DNA from: Bdellovibrionota bacterium
Lineage (GTDB): Bacteria > Bdellovibrionota_C > UBA2361 > OMII01
Length of the DNA: 32,110 bases
Assembly (NCBI GenBank): GCA_044356215.1
Contig: JBIKWQ010000034.1
Span: 1 to 32,110, forward strand
Reading direction: 5' to 3'
Shown here: positions 1 through 9,802 of the stretch, piece after piece
How positions within the stretch are numbered: the first letter of the stretch is position 1
How the letters are laid out: every line of letters begins with the position of its first letter
Notes under the pieces: generated by a model
Told to the model about the DNA's origin: nothing
The model's input: the letters and a program-made list of their open reading frames with translations, nothing else
Database searches by the model: none
Translations under genes and position numbers: made by a program

Positions 1-103
1 ATGGTCAATTTTGGTGTTTTCTCTGTGTCCTCTGCGTCCTCTGTGGTAAAAAAATATTTTACTAATTGTCTCAGCAGCTTACCAAAAACACTGCGACGCC
101 CTG
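1..103. mobile_element. Right-hand part of a MITE-like element (family A), cut off by the window start
   Basis: Closely matches 17176-17277 (ttttctctgtgtcctctgcgtcctctgtggtaaaaaa...ttttactaattgtctc...cttaccaaaaacactgcgacgccct). It ends in the terminal repeat ACTGCGACGCCCTG. Confidence 0.8.
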
Positions 104-113
104 TACCTTTAGA

Positions 114-449
114 TTAATGCTTTTTTATGCGTTTTTCACGCGCCGCCACCGCAACCTGCAGCGCCTCCCTCGCCTCCTTGGAATCTATCTTTCTTAAAGC
201 ATATGCAGCCAAGCTAGCGACTCCTACATTCCCATCGTACATCAAGGCAGCAATCCGCTGAACCGAGGGCTCGGAGTGTTGCGGGCATTGGGCTAGAACT
301 TGCAGAGACCGATTCTTCTCTCGCGGGTCTGAGCTATAGAGACCTTTTAGAGCAGATGGGATCTCCGCCTCTCGGCAACACCCTGACAACCCAATAAGGG
401 CTGCTATAAAAAATCGCCTATACAGGTGATGATTCCCACCGCTGCTCAT
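114..449 (-). CDS. Small HEAT-repeat-like lipoprotein
   Basis: From ATG 449 the sequence reads MSSGGNHHLYRRFFIAALIGLSG-C: basic patch, hydrophobic stretch, lipobox. It continues with helical repeats (..D.NVGVASLAAYALRKI). The track start at 548 overlaps the divergent ORF and is probably too long. Confidence 0.6.
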   Translation of the reverse strand: MSSGGNHHLYRRFFIAALIGLSGCCREAEIPSALKGLYSSDPREKNRSLQVLAQCPQHSEPSVQRIAALMYDGNVGVASLAAYALRKIDSKEAREALQVAVAAREKRIKKH

Positions 450-596
450 ATAAAACCTTAGTCGGCACCTAGTTGAAAAACTTGAGAAATGGCGATTAAC
501 ATCCACGGCATGATCTACATAGCCGCTTCTCCGTGGACAACAAGCCAACTCAGGGCTAAAATAATGGAGCCAAAAAAGTTAACAAAGGAGATCACC

Positions 597-1160
597 ATGA
601 CTCAGCCGCAAACCATCACCCCACAGCAGGCAGCACAACAACAAGGGTCAGCTCTATTCTTAGACGTTCGCACCCCCGTTGAGTACCAGGAGATGCATAT
701 AAGTGGCGCCGTTTCCCATCCATTAAGCGACCTTAATCCTAATCAGGTAAAGGATCTACTAGCGAGCAAGAGTAGCGGCGTTATCGTATGCCGCTCGGGT
801 GGTCGCGCCAGACAGGCATGCGAAAAACTTCTCGCCAGCGGCCTCTCAAATGTAGCGATACTTGAGGGAGGAATCACAGCGTGGGACAGCGCTGGGCTGC
901 CAGTAGTTCGAGGCAAGAAAGCTATCTCTCTAGAGCGTCAAGTTAGGATAGCAGCTGGAGCATTAGTATTTATCGGAGCTGTACTCGGTTATTTCGTTAA
1001 TCCAGCCTGGATCGCGCTATCCGGTTTTGTTGGAGCGGGCCTCGTGTTCGCTGGAGTGACTGACACCTGCGGAATGGCCATGATGCTAGCCAAGATGCCT
1101 TGGAATACAAAGGCCGCATGCTGCAAGCCACAGGGTGCTACCTGTCAGACTAAGATGTAG
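597..1160 (+). CDS. Rhodanese domain + DUF2892 membrane domain protein (YgaP-like sulfurtransferase)
   Basis: Motifs LDVRTPVEY..HI.GA and the CRSGGR active-site loop; C-terminal SLERQVRIAAG...GLVFAG.TDTCGM...L.KMPWN. SD AAGGAG lies 6 nt before ATG 597. Confidence 0.88.
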   Translation: MTQPQTITPQQAAQQQGSALFLDVRTPVEYQEMHISGAVSHPLSDLNPNQVKDLLASKSSGVIVCRSGGRARQACEKLLASGLSNVAILEGGITAWDSAGLPVVRGKKAISLERQVRIAAGALVFIGAVLGYFVNPAWIALSGFVGAGLVFAGVTDTCGMAMMLAKMPWNTKAACCKPQGATCQTKM

Positions 1161-1185
1161 AATGGCCAGGCTTTAGCCCTGTTAC

Positions 1186-1803
1186 CTACCGGCTAACTAC
1201 CAACCTATTGTTAATCGCGTAAACACCCGGAAGAGCGCTTATAATCTCTGACACCCTTAAGCTCTCCGACTCGGAACGAGCACGTCCGGTTACTATCACT
1301 AACCCCTCGCCCTGCACATTGATCTTAAGATTCCTAGCATCGATCCGGTCGTGGCTGTTAAGACGATATTCGATCAAGGACTTTAGATCCTGAAATAACT
1401 TAAATCCCTTTGGGTCAATAATCGTGGCATCATCTTCTAGCCCAGCGCCCTCTATCTCATCCGAGAGAACCTCGCCTGCTTCCACATCCTCTTCATCCTC
1501 GTCTTCGAGCTCTGACTCCTCAGACTCAAGTTCACCCTCGGCGCTAAACTCTTCTATACTCTCGCCCGCAGCTCTTACCTGATCAATCAAGTTTCCTTCA
1601 ACAGAAACGCCGGTGGCGATCTCTGAACCGTTCTCCGCGGCTACGCCACCTTCTATTCCGTACTCCTGCACCCCGCGAATGCCCCCGATACGACTTCCTG
1701 AATCAGGCTGGTCGCTGAACTCTCCCGTTGGAGTATCCTTGCCTAAGCCGATCTCCTGTAGAGAGTTAAACTCTCGCCCCTCTTTATTTCCGCGTCGTTT
1801 CAT
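1186..1803 (-). CDS. BON-domain protein with a long acidic, low-complexity N-terminus
   Basis: C-terminal IDARNLKINV..EGLVIVTG......E..RV.EI....PGV..INNRLVV fits a BON domain; there is an E/D-rich tract before it. ATG 1803 is preceded by GGGAGAGG. Confidence 0.7.
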   Translation of the reverse strand: MKRRGNKEGREFNSLQEIGLGKDTPTGEFSDQPDSGSRIGGIRGVQEYGIEGGVAAENGSEIATGVSVEGNLIDQVRAAGESIEEFSAEGELESEESELEDEDEEDVEAGEVLSDEIEGAGLEDDATIIDPKGFKLFQDLKSLIEYRLNSHDRIDARNLKINVQGEGLVIVTGRARSESESLRVSEIISALPGVYAINNRLVVSR

Positions 1804-1865
1804 GCAGCCTCTCCCTATAAAGGAGCGGTTATAACGAGACAAGCAGCGCTTATATATGATTACAG

Positions 1866-2855
1866 CTACGGTGTAGGTCTTTCACCGCAGATCTTAGCGA
1901 GCTGCTCAACATCCGCAGCAAGCTGCGCTAAAACACTCTCTGGCTTAACTGATACTACGTAGCGACCAAGACTAAGCACACGCCGACTCAATTCAGGCGA
2001 AGGGATACCAGGAAACCTGCGTACGAGATTTTCTCCGTCCCAGCTATCTTCTTGATCGATGTGCCAACTCTGCGCCGCGAAATAGCGGCTTGCTGGTGGC
2101 GCGATTACAATCTCTATCATCTCTGGCTTAGCACCGGACCAGACACCAAATCCCTCAAGCCAATATGGATTACTTGTTTTGACTGGCTCCGCTGATGGAT
2201 CTCTTGGCGGCAGATCAGTAATCTCATCAATCTCTTTTACAAACGAGACATTTAACACCATCTGCCTGCCGGTATGCTCCTCAAACATGGCGTAGAGTAT
2301 GCCATCTTGGAAGTGCAGTCGCTGAAAGATTCCTCGATACACCTTATCTGACTCGTGCCTCCAAGGAGATCGATAAATGATAGCGACTGGCTGACCGATA
2401 TGGCACAGGGTTAAAAGCCGTGCCAGGTCAGTGTCGGCTAACTTAGCTATGGAAGTAGAGTCAGAAGAGAATCGCGCCCTAAGATTCTCTAGATCAACTG
2501 TCAGGTCCGAACGTCCATTAGTGACACGCGCCCATAAACCCGCTAACGCTGACTTCATCGATGTATCATCGATCATCGACAGCAATTCACTAAGTAAGAT
2601 CATCACCACCAACTCATCCCGCCCCGGAGGTAGAGAGGCGAATGAGAAAGATGGATTCGATAGGTAGTATCCCCGCTCAGACTCATCGTATTCGAGTGGC
2701 ACACCAAATTCATAACGCAAACGGTCAATAGTGCGCATCGCAGTGCTCCGTGAGCATCCACACAGCTCAGCGAAGCTAGACGCGTTCGGGAATCGATTAG
2801 CTTGCAGCTCGGCCTGCAGCATTAAAGCACGTTTAAGAAATGTTGGGGTGTCCAT
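1866..2855 (-). CDS. HTH-WYL-WCX transcriptional regulator (PafB/PafC/YafY-like)
   Basis: N-terminal winged HTH (FPNASSFAE..GCSRST..RTIDRLR..FG.PLEYD...RGYY), a central WYL-like segment (I.YRSP...R.....L.F.DG.LY), and a WCX-like tail (QSWH.DQ...EL.RRVLSLG..V..V.PE). Confidence 0.82.
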   Translation of the reverse strand: MDTPTFLKRALMLQAELQANRFPNASSFAELCGCSRSTAMRTIDRLRYEFGVPLEYDESERGYYLSNPSFSFASLPPGRDELVVMILLSELLSMIDDTSMKSALAGLWARVTNGRSDLTVDLENLRARFSSDSTSIAKLADTDLARLLTLCHIGQPVAIIYRSPWRHESDKVYRGIFQRLHFQDGILYAMFEEHTGRQMVLNVSFVKEIDEITDLPPRDPSAEPVKTSNPYWLEGFGVWSGAKPEMIEIVIAPPASRYFAAQSWHIDQEDSWDGENLVRRFPGIPSPELSRRVLSLGRYVVSVKPESVLAQLAADVEQLAKICGERPTP

Positions 2856-2940
2856 ATCGGTAATTAATAGCGCGGTCGAGACTGTGACGGAAGTTCTTAA
2901 TTAAACCCTGCACGAGTGATTTTTGAAAAGTAGTAACTAC

Positions 2941-3996
2941 TCACCCAGAAAAAGGCACCCCCGCCACAAACCACACCTCTGTTTTTTCCAGTGGCCTGGC
3001 TAATCGCTCTTTTATCCTCGTCACCAGAGTATCCTCGTTCCAATCAAAAGCCCTGACTCCCTTCATTCGCTTCCTGGCGCGCTCAGGGAAGTCATCGAAT
3101 CCCAACAGTTCAACCGCATCGTCCAACTCTCCAGGTCGAACGATCCAGCCGCGCTTATTTGGCTCATTTCGCCAGTAGGTCATCTGTCTCTTGGCAAAAC
3201 GACGGGTGTTCATAGCTATCTCCGCTTCGAGCTCCTCACGCGACATCAAACCACCTTGAAGATAGTCTCGCGCTTGCTTATAGCCGAGCGTCTCAAGCGC
3301 TTGAATGGCTCCATATTTTTTTAGTATCTCGGAGGTTTCATCCAGCAATCCATTAGCTACCATCTGCCTGGCGCGAAGATCGATCCTTCTGTAAAGCTCG
3401 TCGCGGGGCCTACAAATAACTATCACGATTGAGACTACATCCGCGTCTTTAAACGCGTGTCGAGCGAAGAACTCACTCGCCGGTTTTCCAGTGATTCTGA
3501 AGATCTCTAAAGCGCGCGAAACCCGTTGTGTATCTCGGGGATTAAGTCGCGCCGCTGTTATCGGGTCAGCTTGAAGCAAATGATTGTACTGTTCTTCAGC
3601 GGATAGGCGCGCTATAGCATCACGGACTTCAGGCGGCGTCGCTGGCACGTCCGCTAATCCGTGAAGCAGCGCTGTAAGATATAGACCTGAGCCCCCAACT
3701 AATATCGGCACCTTTCCACGCTCAGAGATCGCGTCGATAGAACTCATCGCTAATTCCCGAAAGATCGCCACATTGGCGTTCTGGTCAGGCTTGAAAATAT
3801 CTAGAACATGGTGCGGAACCCCCATACGCTCATCGTGTGAGAGTTTCGCCGAGCCGATATTTAGCTCCTGGTAAACCTGCACTGAATCGACATTTATCAC
3901 CTCCCCATCTAGCCGCTTAGCTAAATTCAGAGACAACGCGCTCTTTCCTGATGCCGTGGGACCACACACAGCTAAGGTCACACGAGGAGCCCCCAT
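2941..3996 (-). CDS. miaA: tRNA dimethylallyltransferase
   Basis: GPTASGKS, DSVQVY, GGSGLY and TRRFAKRQMT motifs. ATG 3996 overlaps the mutL stop (TGATG). Confidence 0.96.
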   Translation of the reverse strand: MGAPRVTLAVCGPTASGKSALSLNLAKRLDGEVINVDSVQVYQELNIGSAKLSHDERMGVPHHVLDIFKPDQNANVAIFRELAMSSIDAISERGKVPILVGGSGLYLTALLHGLADVPATPPEVRDAIARLSAEEQYNHLLQADPITAARLNPRDTQRVSRALEIFRITGKPASEFFARHAFKDADVVSIVIVICRPRDELYRRIDLRARQMVANGLLDETSEILKKYGAIQALETLGYKQARDYLQGGLMSREELEAEIAMNTRRFAKRQMTYWRNEPNKRGWIVRPGELDDAVELLGFDDFPERARKRMKGVRAFDWNEDTLVTRIKERLARPLEKTEVWFVAGVPFSG

Positions 3997-5807
3997 CAGC
4001 GATCCCTTCCGAACCAACGTTCAACGACGTCACGACTAAACTCCGTGACAACCGGCCTACCGTGCGGACATGCCCCAGAAGCTTCAGCTTCATCTAGCTG
4101 ATCAAATAGAGCGTAGACCTCAGTCTTATTCAAAATATCTCCCGAGCGTACACTCGCGTGACACGCGACCCGCGCGGCGATGTGATCAATACGTTCCTCC
4201 AAGCGATCACGCCAACCGCTAGCCAGCGGCTCGGCGGCGCACTCCTTTAATAAAGCGACACAATCAAGATGCGCGGTAACCGCTGGCACACCGGTTACAC
4301 TGACGGTCTCAGCCGATACTGGAGCTATCTCAAAACCAAGCTCCCGAAGTAAGTCTTCCTGCTCCATCAGTCTTACAACTTGCTCCTCAGTAAGTCGCGC
4401 CATCTCGGGAATAAGGAGCTTCTGAGTATTTAACTTCCGCTCCGCGCGAGCTCGCCTGATCTTATTATAATTAACCCTCTCGTGAGCCGCGTGCATATCG
4501 ACCATCACTAAGCGCTCGCGTAGCTCACAAACAAGATAACACTCAAGGACCTGGCCCACATACCGCAGATCCGCGAATCTGAAATCAGTCCTCGGCTCAC
4601 TATAGAGCCTTTGAGAGCCATTAGAATAACTAGGCCCTCTAAATACATCGCTTACAGAATCACGCCTAAGTTCTGAGCCATATTCACCTGTATCAAATAA
4701 ACTCCGCGGGATCGGCAAGGGAGCTAATGATGAAACATTATAACCTGAGGCGGGATTGTGAGTTGTCACCGAAGCAGCACTTGCTTGCCCCATCATCATC
4801 GGCTCGCTTCTTGGCCACTGCTCGACCGGGCCACGGATAGCGCGAACACCACGAACAACCGCGCCCTGAACAAGGGCAAAGACCTGTTGCGGATGCCTAA
4901 ATCGCACCTCGCTCTTCTGTGGGTGAACGTTCACGTCGACGTGATCCGCAGGCAGAGTTAAGGAGATGTAGCCAACCGGATACTCGCGATCCTTTAACAT
5001 CGAGTCGTATCCCTCTCTGGCGGCCTTTAAGATAAGTTTGTCACTAACTAGACGCTCGTTGACCAAGATGACAAAACCCGATCCGTCAGAGAGCGCAGCT
5101 CCTGGATGACTCACCATACCCTCAATGGCAACTCCACCTTCTAATAGGGAGATCGGGATGAGATCATTGGGGAATATAGACTTCGCGCGCTCGGCTACCG
5201 ATTCAGCCGGATGCAGATGAAGAACCTCATCACCATCAGAGACGAGTCTATATCTGACTTTTGGTCTGGCTAATCCAGAGTGCGCTAACCACGTTCTTAT
5301 CCTAGCCACCTCAGATCGGGGCGACTTTAAGAATTTTCTCCGCGCCGGAGTGTTAAAAAATAGGTGCTCTACCTCTATCTCAGTACCAGCGTTCCACGGT
5401 ACTGCCCGTACATCCGTTAGCTTTCCACCTTTGAAGGTAACTTGTGTCCCGATTTCGCTCTCACGTTCGCGGGTCTTTAGTTGAATCTTAGACACCGCGG
5501 CGATCGACGCCAACGCCTCGCCACGAAATCCGAGTGTCGCCAGGCTCGCTAGGTCCTCGATAACGGAAACTTTGCTTGTCGCGTGCCGCTCAAAAGCGAG
5601 GATCGCCTCATCCTTACTCATTCCGCAACCATTATCGCGCACCTTAAGGCGGCTATGACCACCGCCCTCAAGGGCAACGAAGATATCGTTGGCTCCCGCG
5701 TCTATGGCGTTATCAACCAGCTCCCGAACAACGCTCGCCGGTCGCTCAACTACCTCGCCGGCCGCTATCTGATTTATTACAGTATCTGGAAGGACCTTGA
5801 TCTTCAT
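3996..5807 (-). CDS. mutL: DNA mismatch repair endonuclease MutL
   Basis: NQIAAGEVVERP, GFRGEAL, DVNVHP, and C-terminal DMHAAHER, ACH and CPHGRP (endonuclease-type MutL). Confidence 0.98.
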   Translation of the reverse strand: MKIKVLPDTVINQIAAGEVVERPASVVRELVDNAIDAGANDIFVALEGGGHSRLKVRDNGCGMSKDEAILAFERHATSKVSVIEDLASLATLGFRGEALASIAAVSKIQLKTRERESEIGTQVTFKGGKLTDVRAVPWNAGTEIEVEHLFFNTPARRKFLKSPRSEVARIRTWLAHSGLARPKVRYRLVSDGDEVLHLHPAESVAERAKSIFPNDLIPISLLEGGVAIEGMVSHPGAALSDGSGFVILVNERLVSDKLILKAAREGYDSMLKDREYPVGYISLTLPADHVDVNVHPQKSEVRFRHPQQVFALVQGAVVRGVRAIRGPVEQWPRSEPMMMGQASAASVTTHNPASGYNVSSLAPLPIPRSLFDTGEYGSELRRDSVSDVFRGPSYSNGSQRLYSEPRTDFRFADLRYVGQVLECYLVCELRERLVMVDMHAAHERVNYNKIRRARAERKLNTQKLLIPEMARLTEEQVVRLMEQEDLLRELGFEIAPVSAETVSVTGVPAVTAHLDCVALLKECAAEPLASGWRDRLEERIDHIAARVACHASVRSGDILNKTEVYALFDQLDEAEASGACPHGRPVVTEFSRDVVERWFGRDR

Positions 5808-5816
5808 CGGCGGACA

Positions 5817-6926
5817 TCACTCCCATCCAGGCACAACCGATACCTGTCTCTCTCTTCCGTACATCCCACCGATCCGCAGAGTAAACTCCACTGGCGCGCC
5901 TTTTTTTATCTTCCTAATAGAGTCCTCGACTTCATCTCGGTTTCGCGCGCGCTCACCATTAACCTTGTAAATTAAGTCAGCGCTCTCAATATCACGGGTG
6001 TATCCGCGCACCAACGCCCCACTAGATAGAAGCCGCTCTATAGGACGGATTCCAGCTCGCGCGGCTGGACCCTCGGCGAGAACTCTGAGCACCATCGGGC
6101 CTTGATCAGTATCGACCAACTGCCACCCCATTCTTGGACGACGCACCTTTCCTGTAGCCAATAGCTCAGGAATTATCCTCTTAATGCTATTTATTGGGAC
6201 CGCGAAACCCACCCCCGCTGAGTCTCCTGATTGGCTTAAGATAGCTGTGTTAATCCCGATCAATCGACCATCCGCGTCGAGCAGAGGACCTCCTGAATTA
6301 CCTGGGTTAATAGCGGCATCGGTTTGGATCAGATCTTTCAGGATGGCTCCACGCGGAGTCTTCATCGTTCGATCTAATGAAGAGATAATCCCTCCAGTTA
6401 AACTCCGATATAGGCCAAACGGATTTCCGATCGCCAAAACTCTCTGGCCTACCTCAAGGATCGATGAGTCCCCGTAGGATAACGCGACGAAACCTCGTGG
6501 TATGTTTAAAACCTGTAAAGCCGCGATGTCGCTTTCTGGATCATACCCTACGAGTCTGGCTTTAGAGTTTTGTCCATTAGCTAACATCACCTCAACACTA
6601 CCACCAGATTCTAAGGCGCTCTCAATAACGTGGAGGTTTGTGATCACTATCCCCCGATCGGCGTCCACTATCGTTCCGGTTCCGGTTCCCTCCTGTGGCT
6701 TGACCTCATCGAAAAACGCGAAAGGATCAACTACGTAAGATCTGGTTGTGATAAATACCACCGCCTGATTGGCGCGCTTATATACGTCGATTGTCTTCTG
6801 CTCGTCAGAGGTGCGCGTCGCGGCTCCGGATGGAACGCTGCCGACCGGCGCGGCATAAACCGATTTAACGAATGACAGGATGGTTACAACCATCAACAGA
6901 AGCAGTCCTTGAGTTAACCGCGTCAT
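5817..6926 (-). CDS. HtrA/DegP-family (S1C) serine protease with one PDZ-like domain
   Basis: Signal peptide; TNLHV, SDIA and TDAAINPGNSGGPL catalytic triad motifs. The start overlaps the rel stop (TAATG). Confidence 0.93.
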   Translation of the reverse strand: MTRLTQGLLLLMVVTILSFVKSVYAAPVGSVPSGAATRTSDEQKTIDVYKRANQAVVFITTRSYVVDPFAFFDEVKPQEGTGTGTIVDADRGIVITNLHVIESALESGGSVEVMLANGQNSKARLVGYDPESDIAALQVLNIPRGFVALSYGDSSILEVGQRVLAIGNPFGLYRSLTGGIISSLDRTMKTPRGAILKDLIQTDAAINPGNSGGPLLDADGRLIGINTAILSQSGDSAGVGFAVPINSIKRIIPELLATGKVRRPRMGWQLVDTDQGPMVLRVLAEGPAARAGIRPIERLLSSGALVRGYTRDIESADLIYKVNGERARNRDEVEDSIRKIKKGAPVEFTLRIGGMYGRERQVSVVPGWE

Positions 6927-9115
6927 TAATCCTCCGCCTCAAGACCACCATCATCACCCATTCCAGCCGATAGCTGTTTGACACGCTCAACCTTGATAAC
7001 GCCAGCCACCATCTCTATCGCTCGCTTAATCTTGTGAAGCTGCTCAGCGCTAGCCACCATGATTTCGAAATTAATGGTAGCTCTCCCATGCTCAGTTTTG
7101 ATCCGCGCGCTCGTTATATTAGTTCCCTGACCAGAAACAGCTTGAGAAACATTCGCCAACAGCCCCATCTGATCCTGAGCATGCACTGTGATTAACACTC
7201 TCTGCGGAGCTCTCGCACCGGAATCCCAGTCGACGTCAACCCTGCGAAGCGGATCGCCATCCAGAACACGGGGACAATCAGCGTAATGCACCGTCACTCC
7301 GCGTCCACGCGTTATAAATCCAACTATGCGGTCGCCGGGCAAAGGCTGACAACACTTAGCGAAACGGATCAGGATATTGTCTAATCCAGCTACTTTAACA
7401 CCTATCCGCTCGCGACTAACCTGCGCCGCTCGGTGGAATATCCGCTGTAAAGGTGTCGGCTGCTCTTCGAGCTTTTGCGGCGTATTTCCCTCTTCAGGTA
7501 AAAATTTCGCTATGATCTTTGATGAGCTTACCTTACCGTAACCGATCCCCGCGAACAGCTCTCCCGCGGTCTTAAAACCAAGCTCTTCGGCGACCTGCTC
7601 TAATCGGCCCTCCTTCTCAAGCTTCTTTAAGCTCAGCTTAACCTTCCGCATGTCTTTGGTCAGAAGATCCATTCCCAAAGCCATCGAGCGCGAGTGCTCC
7701 TCTGTCTTTAAAAACGCTCTTATTCTCTGGCGTGCCTTTGATGAGCGAACGAATCTTAGCCAATCTTTGCTCGGCACATGAGATTTCGAAGTTATAACCT
7801 CAACCGTATCGCCATTCGCCAGTACGTGATCTAGCGGCACCATCTGACCATTCACCCTCGCTCCAGTGGTCCTGTGCCCCACGTCGGTGTGAACCGAATA
7901 AGCGAAATCAACCGGCGTTGATCCGTACGTAAGTCGGACGAGATCGCCCTTTGGAGTGAAGACAAACACCTCCTCTGGATACAATTCACCCTTTACGGAC
8001 TGAATAAATTCATCAGGATTTTTAAGATACTGTTGCGTCTCAACCAACTCTTTGACCCACTGCAGATCAAAAGCTGGGGCCGCTCCTCCTTCTTTGTAGC
8101 GCCAATGCGCGGCAATTCCTTCTTCCGCGACACGGTTCATCTCAGGCGTTCGAATCTGCACCTCGATCCTTTGCCCCTCTGGACCGATTAAAGTCGTATG
8201 AAGCGACTGATACATGTTGGGCTTGGGCATCGCGATATAATCTTTAAAGCGCCCCGGGACTGGTTTCCAAGTCGAATGAACTATCCCCAACGTCTCATAG
8301 CACGCTCGAACAGTTGGAACGATTACTCGAAACCCCAAGAGATCATACACCTGCTCAAAAGAGATGTTATCTTTGCGCATCTTTTGCCAGATCGAATAAA
8401 GATGCTTACCCCTGCCCTTTACTGAGGCGGACACGCCGGCGTCACTTAAAACTTTTTGGATCTCGTGTACTGTGCGTTCCACGTATGCATCACGACCGGG
8501 AGCGGACCTTTTTAAATACTCATCAACCTGTTTATAAAGCTCCGGTCTCAGGTAATAAAAACACAGGTCCTCGAGCTCCGACTTTAACCAGTGAATACCG
8601 AGTCTATTGGCGAGGGGCGCGTAGATCTCCTCTGTTTCCTCAGCTATTCTGTGTTGCTTCTCCTCACTAAAAAATTTGAGCGTACGCATGTTGTGCAGGC
8701 GATCGCACAATTTAACCAAAATAACTCGGATATCCTTCGCCATCGCCAAGAGCATCTTGCGAAAGTTCTCCGCCTGCTTCTCTTCGCGAGACTCAAATTC
8801 AATTCGCGTAAGCTTCGTAACACCTTCAACTATATCAGCTACGCCCGGACCGAACTCGCGTTGGATGTCCTCTCGTGTTATCTCACAATCCTCGATCGTG
8901 TCGTGGAGCAATGAGGCGACTACCGATGGCTCATCAAGCTTAAGTTTGCAAACTAATAGAGCCGTCTCCTCAACGTGAGAGAAATAGGGCTCTCCTGACG
9001 CGCGCACCTGCCCGCTATGGCATTTGGACGCAAAGTCGTAGGCTCTCTTTAAAGTATTGAGATCCGGGCTGGGATGGTATTTCTTGAGGGCCTCGGCTAC
9101 CTGCTCGAAGGACAT
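6926..9115 (-). CDS. rel: Bifunctional (p)ppGpp synthetase/hydrolase Rel/SpoT
   Basis: Hydrolase motif LLHDTIED is intact; synthetase motifs RFKD..YQSLH and EVQIRT; TGS (DFAYSVHT), CC..LPGD and a C-terminal ACT domain. Confidence 0.96.
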   Translation of the reverse strand: MSFEQVAEALKKYHPSPDLNTLKRAYDFASKCHSGQVRASGEPYFSHVEETALLVCKLKLDEPSVVASLLHDTIEDCEITREDIQREFGPGVADIVEGVTKLTRIEFESREEKQAENFRKMLLAMAKDIRVILVKLCDRLHNMRTLKFFSEEKQHRIAEETEEIYAPLANRLGIHWLKSELEDLCFYYLRPELYKQVDEYLKRSAPGRDAYVERTVHEIQKVLSDAGVSASVKGRGKHLYSIWQKMRKDNISFEQVYDLLGFRVIVPTVRACYETLGIVHSTWKPVPGRFKDYIAMPKPNMYQSLHTTLIGPEGQRIEVQIRTPEMNRVAEEGIAAHWRYKEGGAAPAFDLQWVKELVETQQYLKNPDEFIQSVKGELYPEEVFVFTPKGDLVRLTYGSTPVDFAYSVHTDVGHRTTGARVNGQMVPLDHVLANGDTVEVITSKSHVPSKDWLRFVRSSKARQRIRAFLKTEEHSRSMALGMDLLTKDMRKVKLSLKKLEKEGRLEQVAEELGFKTAGELFAGIGYGKVSSSKIIAKFLPEEGNTPQKLEEQPTPLQRIFHRAAQVSRERIGVKVAGLDNILIRFAKCCQPLPGDRIVGFITRGRGVTVHYADCPRVLDGDPLRRVDVDWDSGARAPQRVLITVHAQDQMGLLANVSQAVSGQGTNITSARIKTEHGRATINFEIMVASAEQLHKIKRAIEMVAGVIKVERVKQLSAGMGDDGGLEAED

Positions 9116-9155
9116 ATTGGCCCCTTATTCAGTGAAATTTTTAAAAAATCCCGAC

Positions 9156-9554
9156 CTACTCCTCATCCCCATCGTCATCATCGCCAGCCGCGATCGGTCC
9201 TGGCTGCATCAGCGCCTCACGTAGAAAATCCATCGAACGATTTTCTCCACTATTTGTGAAGAGTCCCGCTCCGATCTCCTGCTTACGCTCACGCTCAGCT
9301 GCAGCGGCTGCTTGAGCTGCCTCAGCCTCACGAGCCTTTAACTCCTCGTAAGCCTGCGCCTCTGCTTGATTCATAAATCTCACCTGGCCGTCAGCTATCT
9401 CACGGAGAGCTGTAACTACGGCCTTGTTCCTGCGATCTGTTATACGTGCCGTTGATCCCTGCAACAATTGCTTCGTTCTTTTTGACGCTAACTGAACTAA
9501 AGCGAAACGATTGTTCTCTTGCGTGAGGCAATCCTCAACGGTAATGCGAGCCAT
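9156..9554 (-). CDS. rpoZ: RNA polymerase omega subunit with C-terminal extension
   Basis: [10 protein letters not shown]...NRFALV.LASKR.KQL...K.VV.ALREI; SD AGGAG upstream. Confidence 0.95.
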   Translation of the reverse strand: MARITVEDCLTQENNRFALVQLASKRTKQLLQGSTARITDRRNKAVVTALREIADGQVRFMNQAEAQAYEELKAREAEAAQAAAAAERERKQEIGAGLFTNSGENRSMDFLREALMQPGPIAAGDDDDGDEE

Positions 9555-9802
9555 TCTAAACTCCTAGCCTTGTAAAACTTCTTAACTGACGGCGAAAAAT
9601 GCCGTAGCGGCTACACTACCAAAGCGGCTAAGTACTGTAAACTGCTGAGAAGTTTATGATTATCTTTGATCAGCTGAAACCTGATTAGTCCTTGCCAAAA
9701 TCAGTAACTTATTACAAACATTGAGCTTCTGGTAGGCAGATAGCCACAAAAACTGGCGCGGCACCTCCCACAAAACATCTGTTTTTGCTCTAATAGCGTT
9801 AT

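Noticed and set aside
4470..4505. MutL endonuclease motif reads DMHAAHERVNYN (last Glu is Asn)
   Set aside because: The first Asp, the central Glu, ACH and CPHGRP are intact. One substitution is not enough to claim loss of activity.
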